From contig CAWHHI010000008.1 of NCBI GenBank assembly GCA_963829055.1, forward strand, positions 64,001-128,000: 64,000 bases of DNA. The letters run 5' to 3'. The DNA comes from an uncultured Gemmatimonadaceae bacterium. GTDB lineage: Bacteria; Gemmatimonadota; Gemmatimonadetes; Gemmatimonadales; Gemmatimonadaceae. A program made the translations under genes and the position numbers. Positions within the stretch are counted from its first letter, which is position 1, and the number at the start of each line of letters is the position of its first letter. Below, in pieces: positions 12,501 through 22,662 of the stretch. The notes below the pieces were generated by a model. The model ran no database searches. It worked only from the letters and a program-made list of their open reading frames with translations, and was not told where the DNA came from.

Positions 12501-12758
12501 TCGCCGCTGGCCGCCGCGTGGCTCGCCGCGCTAGCCGAACCCGCCCGAGGCGGATACAAGCGCTACCTCGGATGGACAATCTCGCTCCTTCCGCTGCCGA
12601 CGCGCTGGGATCGCGCGCGCGAAACACTCGCTCCGATCGGGCAGCGCGCGCATGCCGGCGACGCACCATGCGACGCCGAACTGCTCGACATCGTCGTCCG
12701 CGCGTTCGGGCTGCGGCCCGCGGCCGTGACCGCACTCCTCGACTGGAACATCCGATGA
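9551..12758 (+). CDS. Large N6-adenine DNA methyltransferase (Eco57I/type IIG-like) with a C-terminal specificity-like domain; frameshifted
   Basis: IPFLNGGLF, DPEMLGRAFE, GAFFTP, DPACGSGAFL (SAM motif I), GNPPW (motif IV) and C-terminal LNSP...RGGY, joined from 4-5 frames. Confidence 0.85.
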
Positions 12759-15061
12759 CACACTGGCGGTGGGCGGACCCCACGGACGTGCGCTCGACCA
12801 TCGCAACCCTCGCGTTGCACGATCAGTCGGCAGACGCGCGCCTGGGTGAGATCGTCCTGCGCGAGCACCAGCGCGAAGCCGCGGGACGACTGCGACTCGC
12901 GATTGACCGCTACGGCGGCGCGCTGCTCGCCGACGAGGTCGGACTGGGCAAGACGTTCACGGCGCTCGCTGCCGCGCGCGACGCCGCGACGCTGCTCATC
13001 GTCGCTCCGGCATCGCTCGCCTCGATGTGGCGCACCGCGCTCGAGCGTTCTCACCTGCGCGGTGATTTCGTCTCGCTCGAGACGCTGAGTCACCGCGACG
13101 CGGTCGCGGAGCGCTACCACTTCGTCATCGTGGACGAGGCACATCACGCGCGCAATCCGCTCACGCGACGCTATGACCGCCTTGCGGCCATCACGCGCGA
13201 CGCTCGTGTCCTGCTGCTCTCGGCGACGCCGGTGCATAACGCGGTCAGGGATCTGCACGCGCTCCTCGCGCTGTTCCTCGGAGCGCGCGCGCAGCACCTG
13301 ACCCGCCTCGACCTCGCGTCATGCATCGTGCGGCGCAGTCGCGATGACATTCGAGATGACCAGACGCCGCATCGGGCGCCGCCCGTATGGTTGCCCGTCG
13401 ACGACTCGGCCGACGTCCTGCGCGCCATCGCCGGGATTCCCGCGCCGTGTCCGCCGAGCGACGGTGGCGACGGCGGAGCGCTCGTTGGACTGTCACTCGT
13501 TAGGGCGTGGGCTTCCACCGAAGCCGCGCTCCGATCGTCCCTGCGCCGTCGGATCGCGCGCGCGGACTCGCTCGCTGACGCGCTCGCGACGGGTCGTCAC
13601 CCCACACGCGCGGAGCTGCGCGCCTGGGTCGTGGGCGACGACGCCACACAGCTGGCGTTTCCCGAGCTCATGGCGCAATCGCTGGCGGCGAATGAGGCGA
13701 CGTTGCTCGAGGTCGTCCGCGCCCATGCCAGCGGAGCACGGCGCGCGCTCGCCGTCGTCAATGCCTCCGGCGGCGAGATCGACGACCGGCGGGCCGCACT
13801 CATTCGCGAGATCCGACGTCGCCACGCGGGTGAACGCATTGTCGTGTTCTCGCAGTTCGCGGACTCCGTGCACGTCGATGTTCGAGCGTCTTCGCGGCGA
13901 CGGGCGCGTCGCGGCGGTCACGGCCAACGGCGCGTGGGTCGCCGGCGGCTCGCTCAGCCGAGCGGAGGTACTGGCCCGGTTCGCCCCGACCGCGACCGGT
14001 GCAGGCCCGGCGCCGCGTGCCGAAATCGTCGAGCTCCTCATTGCCACAGACCTGTTGAGCGAAGGGCTGAATCTCCAGGATGCATTGGTCGTGGTGCACC
14101 TGGACTTGCCGTGGACCGCCGCGCGCCTAACGCAGCGAATGGGTCGCGTGTGGCGCATCGGGTCCGTGCACTCGCAGGTGCACGAGTACGCGCTCGCCCC
14201 GCCGGCGCCGGCCGAGGACGTGTTGCGGGTGACGCAGCTGTTGACGAGAAAGGCGGGCGACGCCTGCGCCGCGGTGGGCGAGGCGTTCACTCCATTGCTC
14301 GTCGCGCGAGCGGCTAGCAGGAGCGTCGCTCGTCAGCACGGAGGGCGCTCGCGCGCCAGAGGCGCTGCGGAAGCTTTGGCACCACTGGCTCGACGTCGCC
14401 CCGGCTGGCCATGACCAGACACGCGCACCGGCATGTGCAGACGCGGGCGAGGGGTACAGGTCGCTCGTCGCCGGAGTGCGCTCGTCCGTCGACGGTTGGA
14501 TCGCGGCAATCGATCGTGGCGGCGTTGTGGAGGTCGTTGCCGCGCGCACCGGCAGCGCCGCGACGAACGACCCAACGCTCGTACTCGGAGCTGGCGCGCA
14601 TGGCTCATGGCGCGGCGCGGGTGACGTCCCCGTCGCGGGCGGCCCGCGTGCTCGGCGAGATCAGTGCGTACCTGGATGCTACGCGCGCCGCGGCCGACGC
14701 TGGCGTGCTCGCAGTCGGGTCACGAACGCACGCCAGCGCTGCCGGCCGCATAGCGTCACTCGCGGCCTCGGCGCCCCCTCATCGACGGGTCGTCGTATCC
14801 CGGCTCGCTGCCGGTGCGCGTCGAACCATCCAGAGCGCGAGGTCGGCGGGTGCGGAGCGCTTGCTCGCGGCGCTGGTGTCGGCCGACGTGTCCGACAACG
14901 GAGATGCAGACGCCGGCGAAGCCTGGCTGGAACGCGTGATCGAGCTGGGCTCACCCGGCGCGCCTAACGTCGAGCCGTCGCCGGGCACCAGCGCGCCGGT
15001 TGTTCGGGCGGTGCTGCTCCTCGTCGGCGAACCGCGAGCGTCGCTGCCATTCCTCCAGTAG
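12755..15061 (+). CDS. SNF2-like superfamily 2 helicase/translocase; frameshifted
   Basis: [51 protein letters not shown] overlap with the methyltransferase stop. Confidence 0.85.
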
Positions 15062-15070
15062 CTTTCCCGC

Positions 15071-15766
15071 ATGGGAACGACTTCGCACAGCCACGCGGCT
15101 GATGCCCACGCTCGCACGTTGCCGGCGGTGCTGTTCGACCTCGACGGGACGCTCATCGACAGCATTGAGCTGCTTCTGAGCTCGACGCGTCACGCCTTCG
15201 AGGGACGCTCGCGGGCGCCCACCACCGAGGAATGGGTGCGTGGCATCGGGACGCCGCTCGTCGAACAGCTTCGGCAGTTCGCCGACACCGAAGAGGACGT
15301 GGCGTACCTGGTGGCGCGATACCGCCGCTACCAGCACGAGCACCACGACCGCCTCACGCGCTGCTATGACCACGTGCCGGACGTCGTGGCGCAGCTGTTC
15401 GAGCGTGGCCACCCGCTCGCCGTCGTCACCAGTAAGGCATCGGCGATCGCACACCAGAGCCTCGCGTTCGTCGGGCTCGACCAGTACTTCCCCGTCGTGG
15501 TCGGCTACGATGAGACGACGCGCCACAAGCCGGACCCGGAGCCGGTCATGGTCGCGCTCAGCCGCCTGGGGGTATCCGCCGACCATGCCGTCTTCGTAGG
15601 CGATTCGCCGCACGATATCCACGCCGGCAACGCCGCCGGCGTCATCACCGTTGCCGCGCTGTGGGGCCCGTTCGACCGTGAAACTCTGGCCGCAGCCAAC
15701 CCGGATCACTTCATAGGATGCCTCCCGGACCTGCCCGCCGTCCTCGAGCGGGCGTTCGGAGCGTGA
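15071..15766 (+). CDS. HAD-IA family hydrolase (PpaX/Gph-like)
   Basis: FDLDGTLIDS, VTSK, KPDP and VGDSPHD motifs. Confidence 0.9.
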   Translation: MGTTSHSHAADAHARTLPAVLFDLDGTLIDSIELLLSSTRHAFEGRSRAPTTEEWVRGIGTPLVEQLRQFADTEEDVAYLVARYRRYQHEHHDRLTRCYDHVPDVVAQLFERGHPLAVVTSKASAIAHQSLAFVGLDQYFPVVVGYDETTRHKPDPEPVMVALSRLGVSADHAVFVGDSPHDIHAGNAAGVITVAALWGPFDRETLAAANPDHFIGCLPDLPAVLERAFGA

Positions 15767-15872
15767 CCCGGGTCACTGGACCCGTCATTGGCCCCTTTTC
15801 GGGCGCCGCTCTTCAAACCATCTGGGCCGTTTCGGTATCTCATTCCGCGAGCAACCGAGGACCGGCCGGCGA

Positions 15873-16442
15873 ATGACGGTGGCGACAGTCGACAACCAAA
15901 GCTTCACCACCGGCCGACCCGACGCCGATGACGTAGCGCTCGCCGCGACCGGCGATCGCCTGGCGTTCGAGCGCGTGTACCGTGCCCATGTGAATCGCGT
16001 GTTCGCGGTATGCGCGCGCATGGTCGCCGATCGCGCGTTGGCCGAGGAGCTCACGCAGGACGTGTTCGTACGGGCGTGGTCGAAGCTCTCGCTGTACCGC
16101 GGTGAGAGCGCCTTCACGACCTGGCTGCACCGGTTGGCTGTGAACGTCGTGCTCAACGCTCGCAAGAGTGAGGGCCGTAACCGAACTCGATTCGGCTCGG
16201 AGCCCGACGAGGTGGACAGCCTGCCGCATGCGCGGGCGAGCAGCTGGACGCCCGGCATGTCGCTCGACCTCGACGCGGCGATCGCGGGACTGCCGCCGGG
16301 CGCTCGACAGGTGTTCGTTCTGCACGACGTGGAGGGGTACAAGCACGAGGAGATCGCCGACATGCTCGGGATCACCTCGGGAGGGAGCAAGGCGCAGCTG
16401 CACCGCGCGCGACTCCTGTTGCGGGAGGCACTGAACCGATGA
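15873..16442 (+). CDS. ECF RNA polymerase sigma factor
   Basis: AEELTQDVF, FTTWLHRLAVN, LHDVEGYKHEEIA...SKAQLHRAR. Confidence 0.92.
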   Translation: MTVATVDNQSFTTGRPDADDVALAATGDRLAFERVYRAHVNRVFAVCARMVADRALAEELTQDVFVRAWSKLSLYRGESAFTTWLHRLAVNVVLNARKSEGRNRTRFGSEPDEVDSLPHARASSWTPGMSLDLDAAIAGLPPGARQVFVLHDVEGYKHEEIADMLGITSGGSKAQLHRARLLLREALNR

Positions 16443-17267
16443 CTATGCACGCCATGGATTGCACGACGTTCGACGACCGGCTGGCCGACTACCTCGAAGG
16501 GGATCTCGCACCCGCCGATCGCCGGCAGGTCGAGGCGCACCTCGCGACGTGTGTTCGGTGCACGGCGCTCGTTCGCGATCTCGAGCGCATCCGCGCTGAC
16601 GCGAGCGAGCTGCCGGAGCTGACACCGTCGGCGGACCTGTGGAGCGGCATCGCTCGTCGTATCGACGCGCCCGTGGTTCCGCTGGTGCCGCGTGTCCACG
16701 CCTAACGTGACGACGCGCCGCCGGTTCGAGCGCCTGCGCACGGCGGCGATCGCGGCGGCACTGGTCGCCGTCACCGCCAGCGTGACGTACACCCTCACGG
16801 TCGCTCGGGATTCGGCCCGGTCCGGCGAATCCATTGCGGCGAACACGCAGCGGGGTCCGACACCCGACACGAACGTCGCGTCGTCCGTACGGGACGAAGC
16901 CCGCCGTGACACACTTCCGTCATCGAACGTTGGCCCGGCGCCCGAGTCGGTCGCGAGCACCAACCCGACTCGAGCCAGCGGGCGCGCCACGACGCAAGCC
17001 GTCCGGAATACGCCGGAGTCCGTGACGTACTCACGAGAGATCGATCGCCTGCGGACGATCTTCGCCCGCACACGCTCGCAGCTCGATCCGCGGACGGCGG
17101 CGATCATCGAAGCGAACCTGAAGGTGATCGACGACGCCATTGCGCAGAGCGAGGCTGCGCTGGCGCAGGATCCGGCGAGTCGGTTCCTCAGCGATCAGTT
17201 GAACAGTGCACTCGACAAGAAGCTCGAGCTCCTGCGGACAGCAGCGCTGCTGCCGAACCGCACCTAA
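16439..17267 (+). CDS. Zinc-finger (ZAS) anti-sigma factor, frameshift near 16700
   Basis: HLATCVRC (HxxxCxxC) followed by a transmembrane helix; ATGA overlap with sigma. Confidence 0.8.
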
Positions 17268-17273
17268 CGGGAA

Positions 17274-18221
17274 ATGACACGCATGAGAACGTCCCTGCTC
17301 CTGGCCGCGATCGCGGTCGTCGCCCTGCCCCCCTGTATAGTCGGGGCGCAGAGCAATCGCGACCGCGAGCGCGAACGTGAGGAGCCGCAAGATGTACAAT
17401 CGCGCATCGATACGACGTTCACGTTCAGCCGCACGGGCGTCGTGGACCTCACGCAGGTCTCGGGCGACGTCATTGTCACCGCGTGGGACCGCGGCGAAGC
17501 GCGCATCCGCGCCTACGCCGAGCGTGGACGCATTCGCTCCAGCCTGTCGTCGTCGCGCCTAACGCTGGAGATCGAGTCGGTCCGCGGGCGTGTCGGGGAC
17601 TCGCGCTTCGAGGTGTCCGTTCCCGTCGGCGTCCGCGTCCTCGCGCGCAGTACGTCCGGCGATGTCACCGTGAAAGGCACGAAGGGTCCGGTGGACGCCC
17701 GGTCCACGAGCGGCGACGTCACGGTAACGGAGGCAACCGATCGCGTCGTGATCGAGTCGGTGTCCGGCGACGTGCACGCCTCACAACTCACCGGCGAGGT
17801 CCGGAGCGAATCGGTCAGCGGCACGATCGAGATCCGCAACGCCAGCGGCGAGGTCCGCGCCGAGACCACGAGTGGCGACGTGTCGCTGCTCGGGGTTACC
17901 TCGCGCAGCGTATTCGCGACGACCGTGAGCGGCGAGGTCGAGTACGACGGCACCATCGACGCGAACGGACGCTACGAGTTCCACTCGCATTCGGGCGACA
18001 TCCGGCTGGAAATTCCGGAGAGCTCGGGGGCGCAGTTCACGGTCGAGACGTTCAGTGGATCGCTCGATACCGAGTTCAAACTCACCCTGCAGCCAGGACA
18101 GCGCTCCACCGGACGTCCTCGGCGCTTCGAATTCACGCTCGGGAACGGCAGTGCGCGCGTCACCGCGGAATCATTCAGCGGCGACGTCATTCTCGCACGG
18201 CGCGCCGGCTCTAGTCGCTGA
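17274..18221 (+). CDS. DUF4097 beta-strand repeat exported protein
   Basis: Signal peptide; repeated SxSGDV units. Confidence 0.85.
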   Translation: MTRMRTSLLLAAIAVVALPPCIVGAQSNRDREREREEPQDVQSRIDTTFTFSRTGVVDLTQVSGDVIVTAWDRGEARIRAYAERGRIRSSLSSSRLTLEIESVRGRVGDSRFEVSVPVGVRVLARSTSGDVTVKGTKGPVDARSTSGDVTVTEATDRVVIESVSGDVHASQLTGEVRSESVSGTIEIRNASGEVRAETTSGDVSLLGVTSRSVFATTVSGEVEYDGTIDANGRYEFHSHSGDIRLEIPESSGAQFTVETFSGSLDTEFKLTLQPGQRSTGRPRRFEFTLGNGSARVTAESFSGDVILARRAGSSR

Positions 18222-18276
18222 CAGGACGCCAAACAGCATCAAACCAGACATGTCTGATCTCGGGAGACCACACGCA

Positions 18277-19125
18277 ATGCTTGCAACGCTCGCAATGCTG
18301 ACACGCTTCGCAGGGCGACGCACGTCGATCGCGGCGGTGACAGCCCTCGCTGTCGCATTGGCCGGGCTGACGTCCGTCGCTGCAGCGCAGGAGAAGAGCG
18401 GTAAGGATTTCTCGTGGGATGGCCGCATCACGAGTGGGAAGTGGCTGTACGTTCGCGATCTCAATGGCTCGATTCGCGTCGAGCGCGCGACCGGTGACCG
18501 CGCGGAAGTCACGGCCGTGAAGCGCTCCCGTCACGGCAACCCCGAGGACGTTCGCATCGAGACGCGAAGAATCGGTGGTGATGATGGCGACGTCATCATC
18601 TGCGCGTTCTGGACCGAGAATGCGTCGTGTGATGAAGACGGCTATCGCTCGCGTGGCGACGACAACCGGCGCGATCGCAACAACGACACGTCGGTCGAGT
18701 TCACGGTGAAGCTGCCAGCGGGCGTTCGCCTCAACGTGAGCACGGTCAACGGCGGGGTGGACGTAGCGGGTGCCACGAGCGAGGTGCGAGCGAGCACGGT
18801 GAATGGCCGAGTGTCGGCAGCGTCGACAGGCGGTCCGGTGAACGCGTCGACCGTGAACGGCGACATTGACGTCCGCATGCGCGAGCTCGGCACGGGAGAT
18901 CTCGAGTACTCGACCGTGAACGGTTCCATCGAGATCGAAGTCCCGTCAAACCTCGATGCCGATCTCGACATGCGCACGGTGAATGGAAGCCTCTCAGCCG
19001 ATTTCCCGATCACGCTGCAGGGCCGCGTGAATCCCCGCCGCATGCGCGCGACGATCGGCAAGGGCGGCCGTCGCATCCGCCTCGAGACGGTGAACGGCAG
19101 CGTGGAGTTGCGTAAGTCGTCGTAA
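18277..19125 (+). CDS. DUF4097 beta-strand repeat exported protein
   Basis: Signal peptide; repeated STVNG units. Confidence 0.85.
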   Translation: MLATLAMLTRFAGRRTSIAAVTALAVALAGLTSVAAAQEKSGKDFSWDGRITSGKWLYVRDLNGSIRVERATGDRAEVTAVKRSRHGNPEDVRIETRRIGGDDGDVIICAFWTENASCDEDGYRSRGDDNRRDRNNDTSVEFTVKLPAGVRLNVSTVNGGVDVAGATSEVRASTVNGRVSAASTGGPVNASTVNGDIDVRMRELGTGDLEYSTVNGSIEIEVPSNLDADLDMRTVNGSLSADFPITLQGRVNPRRMRATIGKGGRRIRLETVNGSVELRKSS

Positions 19126-19161
19126 GCTGAAGCCGCGCAGCACGCAGACGCACGCAGCAAG

Positions 19162-19196
19162 ACGGGCCGGTCGCCTAAAGGCGACCGGCCCGTTTT
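19162..19196 (+). terminator. Rho-independent terminator between convergent genes
   Basis: ACGGGCCGGTCGCC-TAAA-GGCGACCGGCCCGT-TTT. Confidence 0.85.
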
Positions 19197-19238
19197 CGAT
19201 TCCCGATTCCCGATTCCCGATTCCCGATTCCCGATTCC
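19197..19238. repeat. Heptamer tandem repeat (CGATTCC)x6
   Basis: Six perfect copies read directly from the sequence. Confidence 0.95.
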
Positions 19239-19242
19239 GATC

Positions 19243-19539
19243 TCACACCCCTGATTCCGTCGCCAGCCGCTCGATCTCCCGAGCCAGCGATAGATCGTTC
19301 GTCGTGATGCCGCCGGCGTCGTGCGTGCTCAGCGTGAAGGTCAGCCGCGTGTGTCGGATGTCGATGTCCGGGTGGTGGTTCATCGACTCAGCCAGGTCTG
19401 CCACCCGCGTAACGAACGTGATGCCCGACGGGAAGGTCGGAAAACGATACGTCTTCGTCAGCGAGTCCCCGCGACGGGACCACCCGGGAAGTGCGCCGAG
19501 CTCGCGCTGAATTCCGATGTCGGAGAGTAGTTCAGCCAC
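19243..19539 (-). CDS. phhB: Pterin-4a-carbinolamine dehydratase
   Basis: NHHPDI...LSTHDAGGITTND motif. Confidence 0.9.
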   Translation of the reverse strand: MAELLSDIGIQRELGALPGWSRRGDSLTKTYRFPTFPSGITFVTRVADLAESMNHHPDIDIRHTRLTFTLSTHDAGGITTNDLSLAREIERLATESGV

Positions 19540-19829
19540 AGGTCGGGATCTGCCCCATCTCCGCGCCGCGGACGCCAGCCGCGCGTGAAGCATTCGTGAG
19601 CACTCGTGAGCAAGCGTCAGATGACTCGGCTCGCGCGACAGCATAACTCAACTGTCCGCAAACGACAACGGACCGCCGGGCTCGACCGCTGTTGGCCCGC
19701 GACATGCCTGTGTCTGGTTCGCCACCGCGTGCAGTCGGCACTCTCGGTCCCACGCTGGGTAGATCAATTCAGGCCCGTGCAGCGAGACCACCCGCGCGTG
19801 TGGCCATCCCCAAACGGAGCCTTGCACTC

Positions 19830-20513
19830 ATGACACGTACCCTCGTCCGATTCCATAGAACGATCGCAATCACCGCCTGCGCCTCGCTGGCGTTGAGCGG
19901 GTGCGCGTCGCTCAACAACAAGGAAACAGCCGGCATCATCGGCGCCGCCGGAGGCGCCGTGGCCGGCGGAGCCATCGGCCGGGCCAATGGGTCCACCGCC
20001 AAGGGCGCCATCCTCGGCGCGGTTGTCGGAGGTGCCGCAGGCATGATCATCGGCCATCAAATGGACAAGCAGGCGGCAGAGTTGAAGCAGAACATCCCGG
20101 GTGCAATCGTCGAGCGCGTCGGCGAAGGTATCCAGGTCACGTTCGCGTCAGGGCTGTTGTTCGACTTCGACTCCGACGTCATCCGCGCCGACGCGAGAAC
20201 GAATCTCCGCAACCTCGCTGCGAGCCTCGACAAGTATCCAGGCTCCGAGTTGCTCATCGCCGGACACACCGACAGCGTCGGCACCGACTCGTACAACCTC
20301 GCGCTGTCGCAGCGACGCTCGGAGGCGGCCGTCGCATACCTCGCCGAGCAGGGCGTCAGTCGGTCGCGCATGACGTCGCGCGGCCTGGGCGAGACGGAGC
20401 CGGTCGCGCCTAACGAGAACGAGGCCGGACGCAGCAAGAATCGACGCGTCGAGGTCGCGATCTACGCCAGTGAGGCCCAGCGCGCAGAGGCAAAGCGGCA
20501 GGCCGGCAGCTGA
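19830..20513 (+). CDS. OmpA-family lipoprotein with glycine zipper (YiaD-like)
   Basis: LSGC lipobox; GHTDSVG, LSQRR and NRRVE motifs. Confidence 0.92.
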   Translation: MTRTLVRFHRTIAITACASLALSGCASLNNKETAGIIGAAGGAVAGGAIGRANGSTAKGAILGAVVGGAAGMIIGHQMDKQAAELKQNIPGAIVERVGEGIQVTFASGLLFDFDSDVIRADARTNLRNLAASLDKYPGSELLIAGHTDSVGTDSYNLALSQRRSEAAVAYLAEQGVSRSRMTSRGLGETEPVAPNENEAGRSKNRRVEVAIYASEAQRAEAKRQAGS

Positions 20514-20532
20514 TCGACTTATGAATCGACGG

Positions 20533-20571
20533 GCGGGGTGACGGCGCGTCTCCGACGCGCCGTCACCCCGC
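20533..20571. terminator. Perfect 18-bp hairpin between convergent genes (probable bidirectional terminator)
   Basis: GCGGGGTGACGGCGCGTC-TCC-GACGCGCCGTCACCCCGC. Confidence 0.7.
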
Positions 20572-20585
20572 ACTGTCGTTCAGTG

Positions 20586-21384
20586 TCACTTCACGAGGCT
20601 CTGGCGCTCGAGCATCGCCCCGTACTCCCGATAGAGCGCGAAGATGCTGGTCGCCGCGCGTGTGTACGCCGCACGCGTGAGCTTGGACCCCGGGACGTCG
20701 CGCCACTCGTCCAGCGGCAGCTCGTACAGCCGGCGCGCGACGGCGGCCGTGCCGGCCGGACTCCGATCGATCAGACGTGCGAGAATCTCCACGTCGAACA
20801 GCCACGCGGTGTGAAACGGCTCGGCCAACACCGCGCGGAGCTCGTCGCTCGCGCGGAACATCTTCGCCCCGCACTGCGTGTCGTACACCGACAGTCGGAG
20901 AAGCTGCGACACCAGCGTCGCGAACACCCGGCCCAGGTAGTGACGCCACGCGTGTCGCTCGATCGTGCGGCCGAGCAGCTTCACGCGCGACCCGAGCACG
21001 ACGTCGATGTCCGGCCGCTCATCGAGCAGCTGGAGAAAACGCGAGAGCGCCGGGAGCGGAGTGGCGAGATCGGCGTCCCAGTAGCCAACAAAGTCCGCGT
21101 TCGTCGCGCAGCGCCTCGAGCATTCCGGTCCGTACCGCCTCGGCCTTGCCCTGGTTCGGCTGCTGGTCCCGCACGCGAACCGTATCAGGAGAGCCGCAGC
21201 GCACTTGCTGAAGCAAGTCGAGCGTGGCATTGCTGCTGCCGTCGTTGACGAACAGGAATTCGACCCAGTGTCCGGTCGAGCGGAACTGGGTGAACGCGCG
21301 GGCATTCAGTCGCCGAGCCTCGTTGAAGCACGGGACGACGACGATCGAATGGGGCAAATGCAGACCTTGGGAGACCTGGCTCAC
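20586..21384 (-). CDS. Family 2 glycosyltransferase (polyprenol-phosphate glucosyltransferase-like), frameshifted
   Basis: VVPCFNEA, VNDGS, GKAEAVR, WDADLATP, DTQCGAK and WLFDVE motifs. Confidence 0.88.
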
Positions 21385-21492
21385 GAACGACTGTCACCGG
21401 TCGGCGCGGTCGCATCGGTTCGCGCGGTTTCAGCGGCTTCGATTGTCCGATGACCGCAAATGAGTCGCCGAGCGCGGCAAAGGCAACGCAAC

Positions 21493-21521
21493 TTGTCGAT
21501 TCGGCCTATGTTCGGTATTTT
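21493..21521 (+). promoter_or_regulatory. Putative sigma70 promoter of the radical SAM gene
   Basis: TTGTCG-N17-TATTTT ending just before the GTG start at 21527. Confidence 0.5.
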
Positions 21522-21526
21522 GCGGC

Positions 21527-22621
21527 GTGAGTCTCCGCACGCGAATTCCGCCCTCCGTCGGGCAGCAGTTGGTGCTACCGGAAGCGTCGTTGGAACCGCC
21601 GCTCCCGCTGCCGACGATAGGCGAACAGAAAGACATTCGCTACCACGCGGCGCGCGCGAAGGGGCTGCTCAACGGGCCAGAGTCCACCGGCATGGGCTAC
21701 TGGTCGATCAATCCGTACGTCGGCTGCGCCTTCGGGTGCACGTACTGCTATGCGCGGTACGCGCACCGCTACGCGCTCGACCGAGCGATCTCGTCATCCT
21801 CTCCGGGCGACGCGTTGCGCGACGAGATCGAGTCCATGCCGCCATGGCTCGCGTTCGAGCGCCACGTGCTCATCAAGGAGAACGCCGCCGCCGTCCTCGG
21901 CCAGGAGCTGCGGCCCGGCGGTGCGCGCCTCGCGGCACTCAAGGCTGGCGAGGTCGTGGTGGTTGGAACGGCAACCGACCCGTATCAGCCTGCTGAGCGG
22001 CGGTTCCGCATAACGCGAGGTGTCCTCGAGACGCTTGCCGAGCATGCGGGCCTGTCCATCGTCATCATCACCAAGAGTCCGCTCATCACGCGCGATGTCG
22101 ACGTGCTTCGTCGCATCGCCGATCGATCGGAGCTGACGATCCATCTGTCGCTGATCACGATGCGGCGCGAGCTCGCGCGGCTGATCGAGCCGAGAGCGCC
22201 GACGCCGGACGCGCGCATCCGCGCCCTGGCCCGCCTGCGTCGCGCCGACATCGACGTCGGGATCAACGTGATGCCCGTACTCCCGGGCATCACCGATAAC
22301 CCCGCGGACCTCGACGACCTGGTCCGCCAGGTCGCGGCCGCGGGCGCTACGCACGTCAACGCGTGTGCCCTACGACTGCGCAGCACGGCCCGCGCGCGCT
22401 ACCTGCCATTTATCGCCGAGCACTTTCCTCAGCTTGCGGACCGCTACGCATCGTCGTTCGCGAGGGGGCACCAGCTGAGTCAGCACTACCGCGATGGCCT
22501 CCGCCGTTTCTTCGACGACCTCTGCGCTCGCGTGGGGGTTCAGTTCGGGAGGCTCGACGATGATGGCGATCTCGCGTCCACCCAGCCGGTGCCGGCAGAA
22601 GCTCAGACGGAGCTGTTCTAG
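21527..22621 (+). CDS. Radical SAM protein, SplB/Rv2578c-like (DNA repair associated)
   Basis: NPYVGCAFGCTYCYAR (CxxxCxxC), TDPYQPAE and ITKS motifs. Confidence 0.88.
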   Translation: MSLRTRIPPSVGQQLVLPEASLEPPLPLPTIGEQKDIRYHAARAKGLLNGPESTGMGYWSINPYVGCAFGCTYCYARYAHRYALDRAISSSSPGDALRDEIESMPPWLAFERHVLIKENAAAVLGQELRPGGARLAALKAGEVVVVGTATDPYQPAERRFRITRGVLETLAEHAGLSIVIITKSPLITRDVDVLRRIADRSELTIHLSLITMRRELARLIEPRAPTPDARIRALARLRRADIDVGINVMPVLPGITDNPADLDDLVRQVAAAGATHVNACALRLRSTARARYLPFIAEHFPQLADRYASSFARGHQLSQHYRDGLRRFFDDLCARVGVQFGRLDDDGDLASTQPVPAEAQTELF

Positions 22622-22662
22622 CTGATAGCTGATCGCTGACAGCCCTACTAGCTTCTGTCCCC

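Noticed and set aside
11525..14317. 930-aa methyltransferase-helicase fusion ORF
   Set aside because: The methyltransferase C-terminus is in another frame and ends at the ATGA overlap (12755-12758), indicating two genes.
15873..19125. ECF sigma/anti-sigma/DUF4097 cluster as a novel system
   Set aside because: A common, recognised envelope-stress-type arrangement.
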